Virus record (IMG/VR): IMGVR_UViG_3300015050_000784
Coordinates: 1-40,375 of that record
Direction: 5' to 3' (one strand)
From: a virus
Taxonomy: Duplodnaviria; Caudoviricetes
DNA: 40,375 nt
The translations under genes and the position numbers were made by a program. Below the pieces are notes generated by a model. That model was not told the DNA's origin. It did not search any database and saw nothing but the letters and a program-made list of their open reading frames with translations. Of the stretch, positions 7,802 through 17,195 are shown piece after piece. The stretch's first letter is position 1, and the number at the start of each line of letters is the position of its first letter.

Positions 7802-7817
7802 TATATCTGGAGACGAC

Positions 7818-8276
7818 ATGACCGACTTTCGTAATGACCAAGGTACCGGCGTTGTAACTGCCGATGGTTTCGTTGGCCCGCTGACCGGCGCAGCTACCCT
7901 TTCGCAATCCTCGACTATCGGCGGCAACCCGTTCTCGGGTGTGAAAGCCGTTCCGATCACCATTGTTGACGGTTCTGCTGCTGGTACGTTCACCATGCCC
8001 ACGAACGCCGTTGTCGAGCACTACTACATCGACAATCCGACCACGATTCCCGGCACTCCGACGAACACCAACCTGCGTCTTGGCTCGGCTGCAAACGGCC
8101 AGCAATACGTCGCTGACGTGGACGTGAAGACCCAAGGCTGGATCAACGCCACGGTCGTCTATGCGGGTCGTAAGCCTGCCACCACGGTTCACTATACGGT
8201 TGCCTCTTCGGGCGGCACTGCCGGATCGCAAGACGGCACGGTGAACCTTTACATCGCATACTTCGTTACCGTCTGA
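7818..8276 (+). CDS. Putative virion structural (decoration-like) protein
   Basis: Thr/Gly/Ala-rich beta-type composition, GGAG RBS, aromatic C-terminal strand (VNLYIAYF). Confidence 0.55.
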   Translation: MTDFRNDQGTGVVTADGFVGPLTGAATLSQSSTIGGNPFSGVKAVPITIVDGSAAGTFTMPTNAVVEHYYIDNPTTIPGTPTNTNLRLGSAANGQQYVADVDVKTQGWINATVVYAGRKPATTVHYTVASSGGTAGSQDGTVNLYIAYFVTV

Positions 8277-8464
8277 TGGACGCTGTAGCGAAACGAATGG
8301 CGGATGCGGCTCATCAAATGGTGGGCCGCTTCACCGACACCCCGTACCCTGATTGGGATGGCTCTACGGAGTCCCTGAAGGAGTTCTGGCGTGAACTGGC
8401 CCGCGTGACCCAAGACGCCGACCACGCCAAGCCCAAGGCGGAACCCAAGCGGAAGAAGAAGTGA
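8276..8464 (+). CDS. Hypothetical protein
   Basis: TGATG coupling; basic C-terminus. Confidence 0.55.
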   Translation: MDAVAKRMADAAHQMVGRFTDTPYPDWDGSTESLKEFWRELARVTQDADHAKPKAEPKRKKK

Positions 8465-8543
8465 CCAACGTCTTTCTCGCCCTGATCCTTATTTCGATCC
8501 TCTGCATCGGCGGTATCTGGATCGCTTCGCATTGGGATTGACC

Positions 8544-8678
8544 ATGCGTAGCCAGAAGACAGACGAAGAGCTTCGCCGGATGATCCAAGCCCGGCAAGGC
8601 ATGTCTGGATACAAGCAAGCTGTAGAAGCCATCCGCGAAGAGCTAAGGCTGAGGGAGCAAGAGCGTGCGAGCAACTGA
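8544..8678 (+). CDS. Hypothetical protein, 44 aa (not in ORF track)
   Basis: MRSQKTDEELRRMIQARQGMSGYKQAVEAIREEL... Confidence 0.45.
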   Translation: MRSQKTDEELRRMIQARQGMSGYKQAVEAIREELRLREQERASN

Positions 8679-8735
8679 AACGATTGTCGAAGGCTGGGGC
8701 GGTTTGGGAGTGTGTGAAGGGTTTGGCGGCCTCCG

Positions 8736-9017
8736 ATGACCGCTGAAGTCATTGAGGTTACCGGCATCTCCAAGCTGGACCTTCCGCCAGAACGTATCTT
8801 GGCCCGCGCCGCAGAGGCTGGCCTGACAGAGGTGGTTATCATCGGATTTACAGAGGATGGAGGCGAATGGTTTGCTTCGTCATTGGCGTCAGGCCCCGAA
8901 GTTCTTTGGCATCTTGAGCGCGCCAAGTTCCGCCTTCTGCAAACCGTCGATGAGCAAGCCGACCGACTTGTCTTCCCGCCAAGCCTAGTCTATCTTCAAT
9001 CATCCTTTCGCGTGTAG
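8736..9017 (+). CDS. Hypothetical phage protein
   Basis: LDLPPERIL..A...L.EVVIIG...GEWFASS....EVLWHLERAK pattern typical of small proteins near terminases. Confidence 0.7.
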   Translation: MTAEVIEVTGISKLDLPPERILARAAEAGLTEVVIIGFTEDGGEWFASSLASGPEVLWHLERAKFRLLQTVDEQADRLVFPPSLVYLQSSFRV

Positions 9018-9057
9018 CACCTTAACGGTAAGCCGGAACTGGATAGAGGAAGACCCG

Positions 9058-9402
9058 ATGGCCGAAGCCGCCAAGACTACGGAAGCAGTGACCGCGCTTG
9101 AAAGAGCGACAAAGGCCGCCAAAGCCGAGATCAACAGGCTGCAACGCAACCGATACACCGATCCCAATACGGGATATTCGTGCGAAGGTTTGGGCTGGAA
9201 GAACCTTGAAGCGGTATCGAGCGCCGCTGTTCTCGCCGTGTTGATGGCAATTCGTGATCCTGGGATGGATGTGGGTCTGATTGGCGCTGAACAGGTCAAT
9301 ATCCAAATGCGCGGACCAATCAAGGCAGACTATTTCGCTGCTCAAGATTCCTTCGCCGCCATGATCGATGCCATCCTTGCCGAAGAGCGGGAGGCTGCCT
9401 GA
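9058..9402 (+). CDS. Hypothetical protein
   Basis: GAGGA RBS; ends AMIDAILAEE. Confidence 0.65.
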   Translation: MAEAAKTTEAVTALERATKAAKAEINRLQRNRYTDPNTGYSCEGLGWKNLEAVSSAAVLAVLMAIRDPGMDVGLIGAEQVNIQMRGPIKADYFAAQDSFAAMIDAILAEEREAA

Positions 9403-9569
9403 TGGCCGACACCAAGACTACTGAAGCGCTGCTTGCTGAAGGCAGCGAAGCCTTCCAGTCCATTTACGACCGCATGGCCCCGCATATCGAACAGATGGCC
9501 CGACAAAGGCGTGAGGCTGACCTTTCAGTCTTTGGTCGCCTTCCTGACGCGCCAGAGGTCAAAGCCTGA
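9402..9569 (+). CDS. Hypothetical protein, 55 aa (not in ORF track)
   Basis: TGATG coupling at both ends; MADTKTTEALL... Confidence 0.55.
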   Translation: MADTKTTEALLAEGSEAFQSIYDRMAPHIEQMARQRREADLSVFGRLPDAPEVKA

Positions 9570-10003
9570 TGCCCGGCGGTCGCCCCTCAATCTTCACACA
9601 AGAGCTTGCAGACGAGATTTGCACCCGCCTCGCTAACGGCGAAAGCCTGCGTGCAATCTGTAACAGCGAGCGTGACGATTTCATCCCGTCTATCGGCACT
9701 GTGCTGCGTTGGGTAACCGAACAGCCTCAGTTTCGGGAACAATACGTGAAGGCCAGAGAGATTCAGGCCGAGACGCACGCGGACGACATCGTGTCTATTG
9801 CTGATGGATCGGGGGCCGATGACAGCATCAAGACCGCCCGCGACAGGCTTCGGGTCGATGCACGCAAGTGGGTGGCGTCCAAGCTCCTGTCCAAGAAGTA
9901 CGGGGATAAGGTCGAGGTCGAACACAGCGGTTCTGTCCAGACCGCAACGGACGACCAGCTAGAGGCTCGGCTCAAGGCTCTGATGGAAAAGGTAGCGCCA
10001 TGA
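9569..10003 (+). CDS. terS: Terminase small subunit (Sf6 gp1-like)
   Basis: GRPSIFTQELADEIC.RLANGESLRAIC...RLRVDARKWVASKL..KKYGDK; upstream of TerL. Confidence 0.9.
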   Translation: MPGGRPSIFTQELADEICTRLANGESLRAICNSERDDFIPSIGTVLRWVTEQPQFREQYVKAREIQAETHADDIVSIADGSGADDSIKTARDRLRVDARKWVASKLLSKKYGDKVEVEHSGSVQTATDDQLEARLKALMEKVAP

Positions 10004-10191
10004 GCGCCGGTCTAGAGTTGGTGACGGCAATGCTGGGTCGCGCCAAACGCCAACGGGTCATCCGAAACGACTTTCAAGAAGGCGTCATGGCGGCGCTGCT
10101 GATGCTGGCTCCAGATATCACGCGCGAGCAGTTTGACGAACTAATGATCGACAAGGCCAATGCTTACGCGGATCAGCGAGAGCCTGAGTGA
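10000..10191 (+). CDS. Hypothetical protein between terS and terL
   Basis: Coupled to both neighbours by 4-nt overlaps. Confidence 0.55.
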   Translation: MSAGLELVTAMLGRAKRQRVIRNDFQEGVMAALLMLAPDITREQFDELMIDKANAYADQREPE

Positions 10192-11606
10192 GCCTCTCAG
10201 TCTTTGAGAAGCGTGAGCTTGTCGAACTTCTGGAAGAGAAGGACCGTCGCCAGCGTCGGCGCAAGCTGTGGGCCTACTATCCCGACGAAGGCCCGCTGAG
10301 GCGTGAGCTATATCCGAAGCATCTGGAGTTCTTTGCTGCGGGTGCGAAATACCGTGAGCGAGCCGCGATGGCCGCTAACCGGGTTGGCAAGACTGAAGGC
10401 ATCGGGGCTTATGAGGTCGCTCTACACCTGACGGGCTTGTATCCCGATTGGTGGACGGGCCGCCGTTTTGCTGATCCGGTCAACGTGCTGTGTGGTGGTG
10501 ATACCGGAACCACGACTCGCGACATTATCGTCGCCAAGCTGCTAGGCCCCGCGAATGATCGGGGAACCGGCATGGTTCCGGGCGACTGCATCACGAAGGT
10601 TCGTCCAAGCGCGGGCATTCCTGACGGCGTGGACTTTGCCCAGGTGCGCCACGTCACAGGCAAGGAGAGCATCGTCCAGTTCCGGTCCTATGACCAAGGC
10701 CGCGAGGCATGGCAGGGAACAGAGCGTGACGTGGTTTGGTTCGATGAAGAACCTTCGCAGTCCGTCTACACCGAAGGCCTTCTCCGTACAGCGACGACCA
10801 AAGGCCTTGTGTTGGCGACCTTCACCCCGTTGCGCGGCCTGACGGACGTAGCATTGGGCTTCCTGCCGGATCATGGCGGCAAGTTCTGTGTGCAGATTGA
10901 TTGGGATGAGGTCCCCCACTTGTCGGATGAAGACAAGCGCGACCTGATGGAGTCGATCCCGCCCTATCAACGCGAGGCGCGAACCAAGGGTATCCCGGCG
11001 CTTGGGTCTGGCGTCATCTATCCGGTTGCGGAGAGCGCATACCTGATCGAGCCTTTCGAGATTCCCCGCCACTGGCCCCGCGCCTACGCGCTGGACGTGG
11101 GCTGGAACCGCACGGCGGCGCTATGGGGTGCATGGGATCGCGAGACGGATACGGTCTATCTCTACAGCGAGCATTATCTAGGCGAGAGCCCGCCGCAGGT
11201 TCACGCCGATGCGATCAAGTCGCGGGGGTATTGGATACCGGGTGTTATTGATCCTGCAAGTTCTGGGTCCAATCAAAAGGACGGAACAGCGCTGAAGGAT
11301 GAATACATGGCGCTAGGTCTGGACCTTCAACCGGCGGACAATACGGTTGAGGCTGGCATCCATGCCGTGTATCGCAGGCTCGCATCTGGACGGCTCAAGG
11401 TGGTGAAGACCCTCACTAACTTCATGGGCGAGATCAGGCTGTATCGTCGTGACGAGAAGGGTAAGATTGTAAAGGAACGCGATCACCTTATGGATTGCGC
11501 CCGTTATCTGATAATGTCCGGTCTTGGACGCGGCGCGACTGAGCCGAAAGAACACTTTGACGACATTCGCCCCGTCTATGGGCGTGACAGCATTACGGGG
11601 TACTGA
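10188..11606 (+). CDS. terL: Terminase large subunit (P22 gp2-like)
   Basis: Walker A AANRVGKT, Walker B VVWFDEEP, TFTPL coupling motif, nuclease ALDVGW and DHLMDCARY. Confidence 0.95.
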   Translation: MSLSVFEKRELVELLEEKDRRQRRRKLWAYYPDEGPLRRELYPKHLEFFAAGAKYRERAAMAANRVGKTEGIGAYEVALHLTGLYPDWWTGRRFADPVNVLCGGDTGTTTRDIIVAKLLGPANDRGTGMVPGDCITKVRPSAGIPDGVDFAQVRHVTGKESIVQFRSYDQGREAWQGTERDVVWFDEEPSQSVYTEGLLRTATTKGLVLATFTPLRGLTDVALGFLPDHGGKFCVQIDWDEVPHLSDEDKRDLMESIPPYQREARTKGIPALGSGVIYPVAESAYLIEPFEIPRHWPRAYALDVGWNRTAALWGAWDRETDTVYLYSEHYLGESPPQVHADAIKSRGYWIPGVIDPASSGSNQKDGTALKDEYMALGLDLQPADNTVEAGIHAVYRRLASGRLKVVKTLTNFMGEIRLYRRDEKGKIVKERDHLMDCARYLIMSGLGRGATEPKEHFDDIRPVYGRDSITGY

Positions 11607-11608
11607 TC

Positions 11609-13597
11609 GTGTCGATGATTGAGCCTGACGAGCCTAACGAAGCCTTCATGGACAACAGCGTTGAGCCTGATGCGCTTGGCGTTGCTCTTGATGGTGTGGA
11701 GGACGAATACGAAGAGGTTCCTCTGATCCTGTCGCTGGCTCAGGCTGATGGCGACATCACCGACCTGATCCCGGAGGATAAGCTCTCTGAGCTGGGCCGT
11801 GAATGCGTCGAAGGCTATACCGACGACGACAACGCGCGTGCTGACTGGAAGCAGGGGACGGAGAAGGCTCTGGCCTCCGCTGCACAGGACTCGCCCGCTG
11901 CGAAGTCTTATCCGTTCGATGGGGCGGCTAACGTCCAGTATCCCACGATCACCGTAGCCGCACAGCAGTTTGCAGCCCGTGCCTATCCTGCCCTTGTGAA
12001 GCCGGGTCAGGTGGTAGACGTGGCCGTGATCGGCGTGGATCGTCAGGGCCTGAAGGCTGCTCGGGCAGAGCGGGTCAAGACCTTCCTCAACTACCAGATT
12101 TTCTACCGGATCAAGGATTGGGAAGGCGACACGGATGTTCTGCTGAACCAACTCCCGATCACGGGCTGTGGATTCCGCAAGGTGTTCTTCGACTACCAGA
12201 CGCGCCGCCCGTGCGTGGAGTTTGTCAACGCGCTCAACCTGATCGTTCCGCAGGATGCGAAGAGCCTGGATGACTCGCCCCGCATCACTCAGGTGTTTGA
12301 ACTGTTCCCTTGGCAGATCAAGGAGAAGATCAGGCTCGGCATCTACCGTGAAGCAAACTTCATGGCGACGGCTGAAGGTGAACAGCGCCAAGGCGGGGAA
12401 TACGAAGAGCAGACCGCCCGCAAGGTGATCGAGCAGCACCGCCTGCACGACATGGACGATGACGGGATTGAAGAGCCCTACATCATCACCGTGGACGTGG
12501 ACTCTCAGGAGGTCCTTCGCGTTGAGGCGGCATACTCGGAAGTGGACCTGAAGAACGGCCCTGACGGCAATCTGGCCTCTGTCGAGCGTTGGTGCCCGTT
12601 CGTGAAGTACAGCTTCCTTCCCGATCCCAAGGGCCGTTTCTATGACATCGGCTTTGGTCACCTGCTGGCCCCGATCAATGCGGTGATCAACACGATCATC
12701 AACCAACTTCTCGACGCCGGTAATGCTCAAGTGGCGGGCGGCGGTTTCCTTGCGCAAGGCCTTCGCCTTCAGGGGTCGGGCCAGACCAACACGCTGCGCT
12801 GGCGACCGGGCGAATACAAGGTGGTCAACGCGCCGGGCGGGAACATCGCGCAGAGCATTTACGAGCGCACCGTACCGCAACCGTCGCCGGTACTGTTTGA
12901 GATGCTTGGCATGTTGATGGACGCGGCGAAGGACATTTCGTCGGTCAAGGACGTGCTGACGGGCGAGGCTGGCAAGAACCAAACGGCGACGGCTACGCTG
13001 GCCCTGATCGAACAAGGCCTCCAGACCTTTACCGCGATCTACAAGCGCATCTATCGGTCGGCGAAGCGTGAGTATGAGCTGCTGTATGAATGCGTGGCGC
13101 GGTACGGCGATCCGATGGAGTATCAGCGGGTGCTGGACGATCCGAACGCTATTCTTCAGCAGGACTTCAACGAAGAAGACCTTGACATCCAGCCGGTGAG
13201 TGATCCTCAGACGATCACGAACATGCAGAAGATGGCTAAGGCTCAGTTCATGATGCAGTTTCTTGGCAAGGGGCTGGTTGATGAGGAAATCCTGAAGGAC
13301 ATTTGGGAGGCAGCGGGGATCAAGGAGACGGATCGGTTCATCCCGAAACCACCGCCGGGACCGCCCCCGCCTCCTCCCCCGCCAGACCCCAAGACCCAGA
13401 GCGAGATTGATAAGAATGTTGCCCAGGCTGGCAACTACGAAGCGCAGACCGCCAAGAACAGGGCGGATGCGATGAGGACTTTGGCCGAAACAGCAGAGAA
13501 GGTAGTCTATGGACAAGGACAGTTGGGACCAGTGGAGGGAGAACCCGGTTACGCGCTGGGTTATGGAGGCGCTGGAGATCAGGGCCAACCAATGTGA
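11609..13597 (+). CDS. Portal protein
   Basis: 662 aa directly after TerL; helical, podovirus-portal size; FYDIGFGHLL. Confidence 0.85.
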   Translation: MSMIEPDEPNEAFMDNSVEPDALGVALDGVEDEYEEVPLILSLAQADGDITDLIPEDKLSELGRECVEGYTDDDNARADWKQGTEKALASAAQDSPAAKSYPFDGAANVQYPTITVAAQQFAARAYPALVKPGQVVDVAVIGVDRQGLKAARAERVKTFLNYQIFYRIKDWEGDTDVLLNQLPITGCGFRKVFFDYQTRRPCVEFVNALNLIVPQDAKSLDDSPRITQVFELFPWQIKEKIRLGIYREANFMATAEGEQRQGGEYEEQTARKVIEQHRLHDMDDDGIEEPYIITVDVDSQEVLRVEAAYSEVDLKNGPDGNLASVERWCPFVKYSFLPDPKGRFYDIGFGHLLAPINAVINTIINQLLDAGNAQVAGGGFLAQGLRLQGSGQTNTLRWRPGEYKVVNAPGGNIAQSIYERTVPQPSPVLFEMLGMLMDAAKDISSVKDVLTGEAGKNQTATATLALIEQGLQTFTAIYKRIYRSAKREYELLYECVARYGDPMEYQRVLDDPNAILQQDFNEEDLDIQPVSDPQTITNMQKMAKAQFMMQFLGKGLVDEEILKDIWEAAGIKETDRFIPKPPPGPPPPPPPPDPKTQSEIDKNVAQAGNYEAQTAKNRADAMRTLAETAEKVVYGQGQLGPVEGEPGYALGYGGAGDQGQPM

Positions 13598-13745
13598 GGA
13601 GATTTGGAAGGGCGTCAGTTGGGAAGGCGGGAATTGTGATCCGCTGCGACTGATGGAGTTGAGGACGACGGCACTAGCCTACCGCGTTATTGCGGATGCA
13701 GAATTTGAGGGTATCGAGGAAATCCATGACCATTCAGCCAATTGA
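13509..13745 (+). CDS. Conserved-type small head-module protein
   Basis: WDQWRENPVTRWV motif; overlaps the portal 3' end by 89 nt. Confidence 0.6.
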   Translation: MDKDSWDQWRENPVTRWVMEALEIRANQCEEIWKGVSWEGGNCDPLRLMELRTTALAYRVIADAEFEGIEEIHDHSAN

Positions 13746-14031
13746 GTTCAACGTCTTGGTTAAACCCCAAGAGATCGAGCAGAAGACCAAGGGAGGAATT
13801 ATTCTAGTTGACCAGACTGTTGAAGCCGACAAGTACGCACAACAACGCGGCGAGATCATCGCTGTATCCCCGCTGGCCTTTAGCTATGCGGACTGGCCCG
13901 AAGGAACGCGGTTGCCCAAGCCGGGAGATATTGTATTCTTCGGCAAGTACTCTGGGACTCTGGTCAAGGACGATGACGGCACTGAATACCGTCTCGTGAA
14001 GGACAAAGAGATTGCGGCGGTGATCCAGTGA
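13726..14031 (+). CDS. groES: GroES-like co-chaperonin
   Basis: IQP....VLVK.......TKGGIIL...GEIIAV...PGDIVFFGKYSGT.....EYRLVKDKEIAAV; GAGGA RBS. Confidence 0.92.
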   Translation: MTIQPIEFNVLVKPQEIEQKTKGGIILVDQTVEADKYAQQRGEIIAVSPLAFSYADWPEGTRLPKPGDIVFFGKYSGTLVKDDDGTEYRLVKDKEIAAVIQ

Positions 14032-14225
14032 CCGGCTGGGAAATTGAACGCATGATGATGCAACAGGCGGCCATCCTGACCCATGCGGCAGGCGGGCAGA
14101 TCATCGTGACTGCTGAGACTATGGAGCAGGCCAACAACTTGGCGCTGTTCAAGGAGCTAGACCCGTCAACGGGTAACATGGTGTTCCGAGTGGAGAGCAC
14201 CACACAGAAGGAGACCGAGCAATGA
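14028..14225 (+). CDS. Hypothetical protein
   Basis: Coupled ORF. Confidence 0.5.
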   Translation: MTGWEIERMMMQQAAILTHAAGGQIIVTAETMEQANNLALFKELDPSTGNMVFRVESTTQKETEQ

Positions 14226-15043
14226 GTGACGTTCAAGTAGGCGGTGGGGGCGGCATGACCCCTGACGCAGGCGGGATTGCCGTAATCGTTGGCGACGGTG
14301 GCGCTGGTAGCGCGCCGACTCCCGACGCTCCCGCACCATCCGAATCGCAACCGGAACCGGCACCGTCTCAGTTTGACCCCGAGTCTCTTGCGCGGGACAT
14401 GGGCTGGTCTCCGAAGGAAGAATATCGGGGCCAGGAAGATACATGGATTCCCGCCGACGAGTTCATCAAGCGCACCGCCAAGATCAACAAGGCTCAGCGT
14501 GAAAAGCTGGACCGGATGGAGCAGTCCATCGAGAAGATCGCGGCGACTTCCGAGCGCGTGATGAAGGACCGGCTTGCCGAGCAAAAGCTTGAGCTTGAGC
14601 GCCAGTTTGAAGCGGCGGTTGAAGTGGGCGATGTCCGCCTTGCCAAGCAGACGCAGCAACAACTCACCGGGCTGGAGCGTCAGGCTGACAGCGGCCCGTC
14701 GCATGTGGATCGCTTCAAGGCCGAAAACACGTGGTTCCAATCGAACGATGAGGCCACGGCCTATGCCGTCACGATTGCGGGCATGGAGGCGCAGAAAGGG
14801 GCCAGCCCCGACAAGCAGCTTCAGGCGGCCCGTGATGCCGTGCAGAAGCGGTTCCCCGAACTGTTCCCGTCGATGTCCCCAGCCCGCACGCCTCCTGTCC
14901 TGCAAGGGGCCAACCGCACCGCACCGCCCGCCAAGAAGCAGTATGCGCCAGAAGTGAAGCGCGCCGCCGCCGACATGGTTCGTCGTGGCATGGTCTCCAG
15001 CGAGGCCGAATACTTCAAGGCGTTTGACGCGGAGAACTCGTGA
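14222..15043 (+). CDS. Putative scaffolding protein
   Basis: ARDMGWSPKEEY.G...W.PADEF motif, coiled-coil, upstream of the capsid gene. Confidence 0.7.
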   Translation: MSDVQVGGGGGMTPDAGGIAVIVGDGGAGSAPTPDAPAPSESQPEPAPSQFDPESLARDMGWSPKEEYRGQEDTWIPADEFIKRTAKINKAQREKLDRMEQSIEKIAATSERVMKDRLAEQKLELERQFEAAVEVGDVRLAKQTQQQLTGLERQADSGPSHVDRFKAENTWFQSNDEATAYAVTIAGMEAQKGASPDKQLQAARDAVQKRFPELFPSMSPARTPPVLQGANRTAPPAKKQYAPEVKRAAADMVRRGMVSSEAEYFKAFDAENS

Positions 15044-15603
15044 TGCCGCGCGGCCAATATGATCGTTCACGTTTCAAGAAAGACAGCCCCATGACCGAAC
15101 AAGCCACGACCCTTCAGGCATCTACACAAGAAGCCGCCGCTCCCGCCTTTGTCCGAGAGGACAGGGTCGCCGAAGTAAAGCAGACGCGTCGTCGCCGTAG
15201 TGATGGTGACCTTGATGCTGGTCTTGTCCTTCGTCTTGGCCTGCCGCCGGGCATTCAGGAGAAATACCCAACCGATGAGTTCCGGTGGGTTAACGACGAG
15301 GGTAATCGCGTCCACTTCTTGACGACGCGCGACGATTACGACATTGTACCAGAAGTAGAGGGACGCCCGGTCGGTACGACCATGGACGGAAAGCCTATCA
15401 ACGCAGTTCTCCTTCGGAAACCCAAGGAGTTTGCTGAGGCGGATCGACGCGAAAAGCTTGATCGCACCAACCGGCAAGAAAAAGCCGTGTTGGCTTCGGC
15501 CGATCCTGAAAGCGCATGGGTCAACCCAGACGCAGCAATCTCACGGGCTGGAAATCTCCACGCCCTTCCCGAAAACCAAATCAAGGGCGGTTACGCACCT
15601 TGA
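15040..15603 (+). CDS. Head-module hypothetical protein
   Basis: EFRWVNDEGNR...VLLRKPKE; position between scaffold and capsid. Confidence 0.7.
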   Translation: MMPRGQYDRSRFKKDSPMTEQATTLQASTQEAAAPAFVREDRVAEVKQTRRRRSDGDLDAGLVLRLGLPPGIQEKYPTDEFRWVNDEGNRVHFLTTRDDYDIVPEVEGRPVGTTMDGKPINAVLLRKPKEFAEADRREKLDRTNRQEKAVLASADPESAWVNPDAAISRAGNLHALPENQIKGGYAP

Positions 15604-15615
15604 TGGAGACGCAAA

Positions 15616-16209
15616 ATGGCTAACGTCAATGCGCCGTTTGGGCTTACCCCCTGGAACGAGCGTACCAACGCGCCGTACAGCGGCGGCGGCAATACTTATT
15701 TCGTGCCAGACACGGATAATACCGCCCTGTTCATCGGTGACCCCGTAATTCTCGCTGGCTCTTCGGGCAATGCCCAAGCCGGTGTTGAATCCTACTCCAC
15801 CGTCACGCGGGCCACGGCCGGCGCGACCAACCGCATTACCGGCGTCGTGGTTGGCTTCCAGCCCTCCCCGGCGTTCACCCCGTATGGCTATCGTCCCGCA
15901 AGCGTGGCGATGAACGTCATTGTCGCTGACGATCCCAACCTGATGTTTGCCATTCAGGCAGATGCGGACGGCATCGCTGCTACCAATGTCGGCCAGAACG
16001 CTAACCTGACTGCGGGTTCGGGTTCCACGGCTACGAAGAAGTCTGGCTTCATTCTGGACGGCACTACGCCCGACCCGGATGCAACCTATCAGCTTCGTAT
16101 TCTGGGCCTCGCGCCGCAGATCAACAACGAGTTTGGCGCTTACGCTCAAGTCCTCGTTCGTATCAACCTGCCGACCGAAGCTGGTATTGCCAGCGGTCTC
16201 GGCGTTTAA
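15616..16209 (+). CDS. Capsid decoration/cement protein (putative)
   Basis: MANVNAPFGL.P...LFIGDPV...V.DDP.L.F.IQ; directly before the MCP. Confidence 0.7.
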   Translation: MANVNAPFGLTPWNERTNAPYSGGGNTYFVPDTDNTALFIGDPVILAGSSGNAQAGVESYSTVTRATAGATNRITGVVVGFQPSPAFTPYGYRPASVAMNVIVADDPNLMFAIQADADGIAATNVGQNANLTAGSGSTATKKSGFILDGTTPDPDATYQLRILGLAPQINNEFGAYAQVLVRINLPTEAGIASGLGV

Positions 16210-16224
16210 GGGAGGGCTTAAGTT

Positions 16225-17136
16225 ATGGGCGTTATTACTCGTTCCAACCATCCCGACGCTCTTTGGCCCGGCGTAAAGGTCTGGTTCGGCAAGGAATACG
16301 GACAGTTCCCGCGCATCTGGTCGGAGTTCTTCAACAAGAAGCAGTCCGACAAGGCCTGGGAATACCTGATTGAGGCTACCGGATTCGGGCTGGCCCCGGT
16401 CAAGGCTGAAGGCGCGTCGATCGCTTACGACTCGGATCAACAGGGCTACAAGAACACCCTGTACCACGTCGTCTACGGTCTGGGTTACATCGTGACCCGC
16501 GAAGAGCTGGAGGATGATCTCTACACTGAGGTCAGCCAAACCCGCGCTTCGTCGCTGGCCTTCTCCATGCGTACCACTGCCGAAATCGTTCACGCCAACA
16601 TTCTGAACCGTGGCTTTACCGGCGGTTCGTATGCGGGCGGCGATGGCGTCGCGCTCTTCTCGACGGCTCACCCGACCCTCAGCGGCAACCAAGCGAACAC
16701 GCTTGCTGCGGCTGCGGACTTCTCGGAGGCCTCCCTTGAAGATGCGATCAAGGTGCTGATGCAGATGAAGAACAGCCGGGGCCTCAACATCCCGGTTACG
16801 GCCACGAAGCTGATGGTCCACCCGACCGAAGCTTTCAACGCCGAGCGTGTTCTGAAGTCGAACCTGCGCCCCGGCACTGCGAACAACGACATCAACGCCA
16901 TCCGCAGCATGAATATCCTGCAAGACGGCTTTGTCGTTAACCCGTATCTGTCGGACCTTGACTCGTGGTTCCTCAAGACGGACGTGCCTAACGGCTTCGT
17001 CTCGATGTGGCGTCGTGAAGTCGAGCTTGAGCGTGACAACGACTTCGATACCGAGAACGCCAAGGCCAAATCCACCATGCGTTTCGTCCCTGGCTGGGGC
17101 GACTGGCGGGGTGGCTTCGGCGTCGCCGGGGCTTGA
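16225..17136 (+). CDS. Major capsid protein (HK97 fold, Mu gpT-like family)
   Basis: GFGLAPVKAEG, ITREELEDDLY, GGDGVALFSTAHP, DFDTENAK...RF..GWGDWRG; strong RBS; followed by a hairpin. Confidence 0.9.
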   Translation: MGVITRSNHPDALWPGVKVWFGKEYGQFPRIWSEFFNKKQSDKAWEYLIEATGFGLAPVKAEGASIAYDSDQQGYKNTLYHVVYGLGYIVTREELEDDLYTEVSQTRASSLAFSMRTTAEIVHANILNRGFTGGSYAGGDGVALFSTAHPTLSGNQANTLAAAADFSEASLEDAIKVLMQMKNSRGLNIPVTATKLMVHPTEAFNAERVLKSNLRPGTANNDINAIRSMNILQDGFVVNPYLSDLDSWFLKTDVPNGFVSMWRREVELERDNDFDTENAKAKSTMRFVPGWGDWRGGFGVAGA

Positions 17137-17149
17137 TAAGTGCTTGATT

Positions 17150-17181
17150 TCCCTGCGGTTTTAATCGGCCGCAGGGATTTC
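17150..17181 (+). terminator. Hairpin after the MCP (partial terminator or RNA stabiliser)
   Basis: TCCCTGCGGTT-TTAATC-GGCCGCAGGGA followed only by TTTC. Confidence 0.55.
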
Positions 17182-17195
17182 ATCAAGGGATAGCA

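Noticed and set aside
13345-13390. Polyproline run in the portal C-terminal region as a regulatory element
   Set aside because: More simply a linker before the portal's C-terminal helical barrel; no further evidence.
11576-13588. 670-aa antisense ORF opposite the portal (similarly 15541-16923, 25198-26595, 27975-29150)
   Set aside because: Shadow ORFs expected from GC-rich codon bias on the sense strand; no recognisable motifs.
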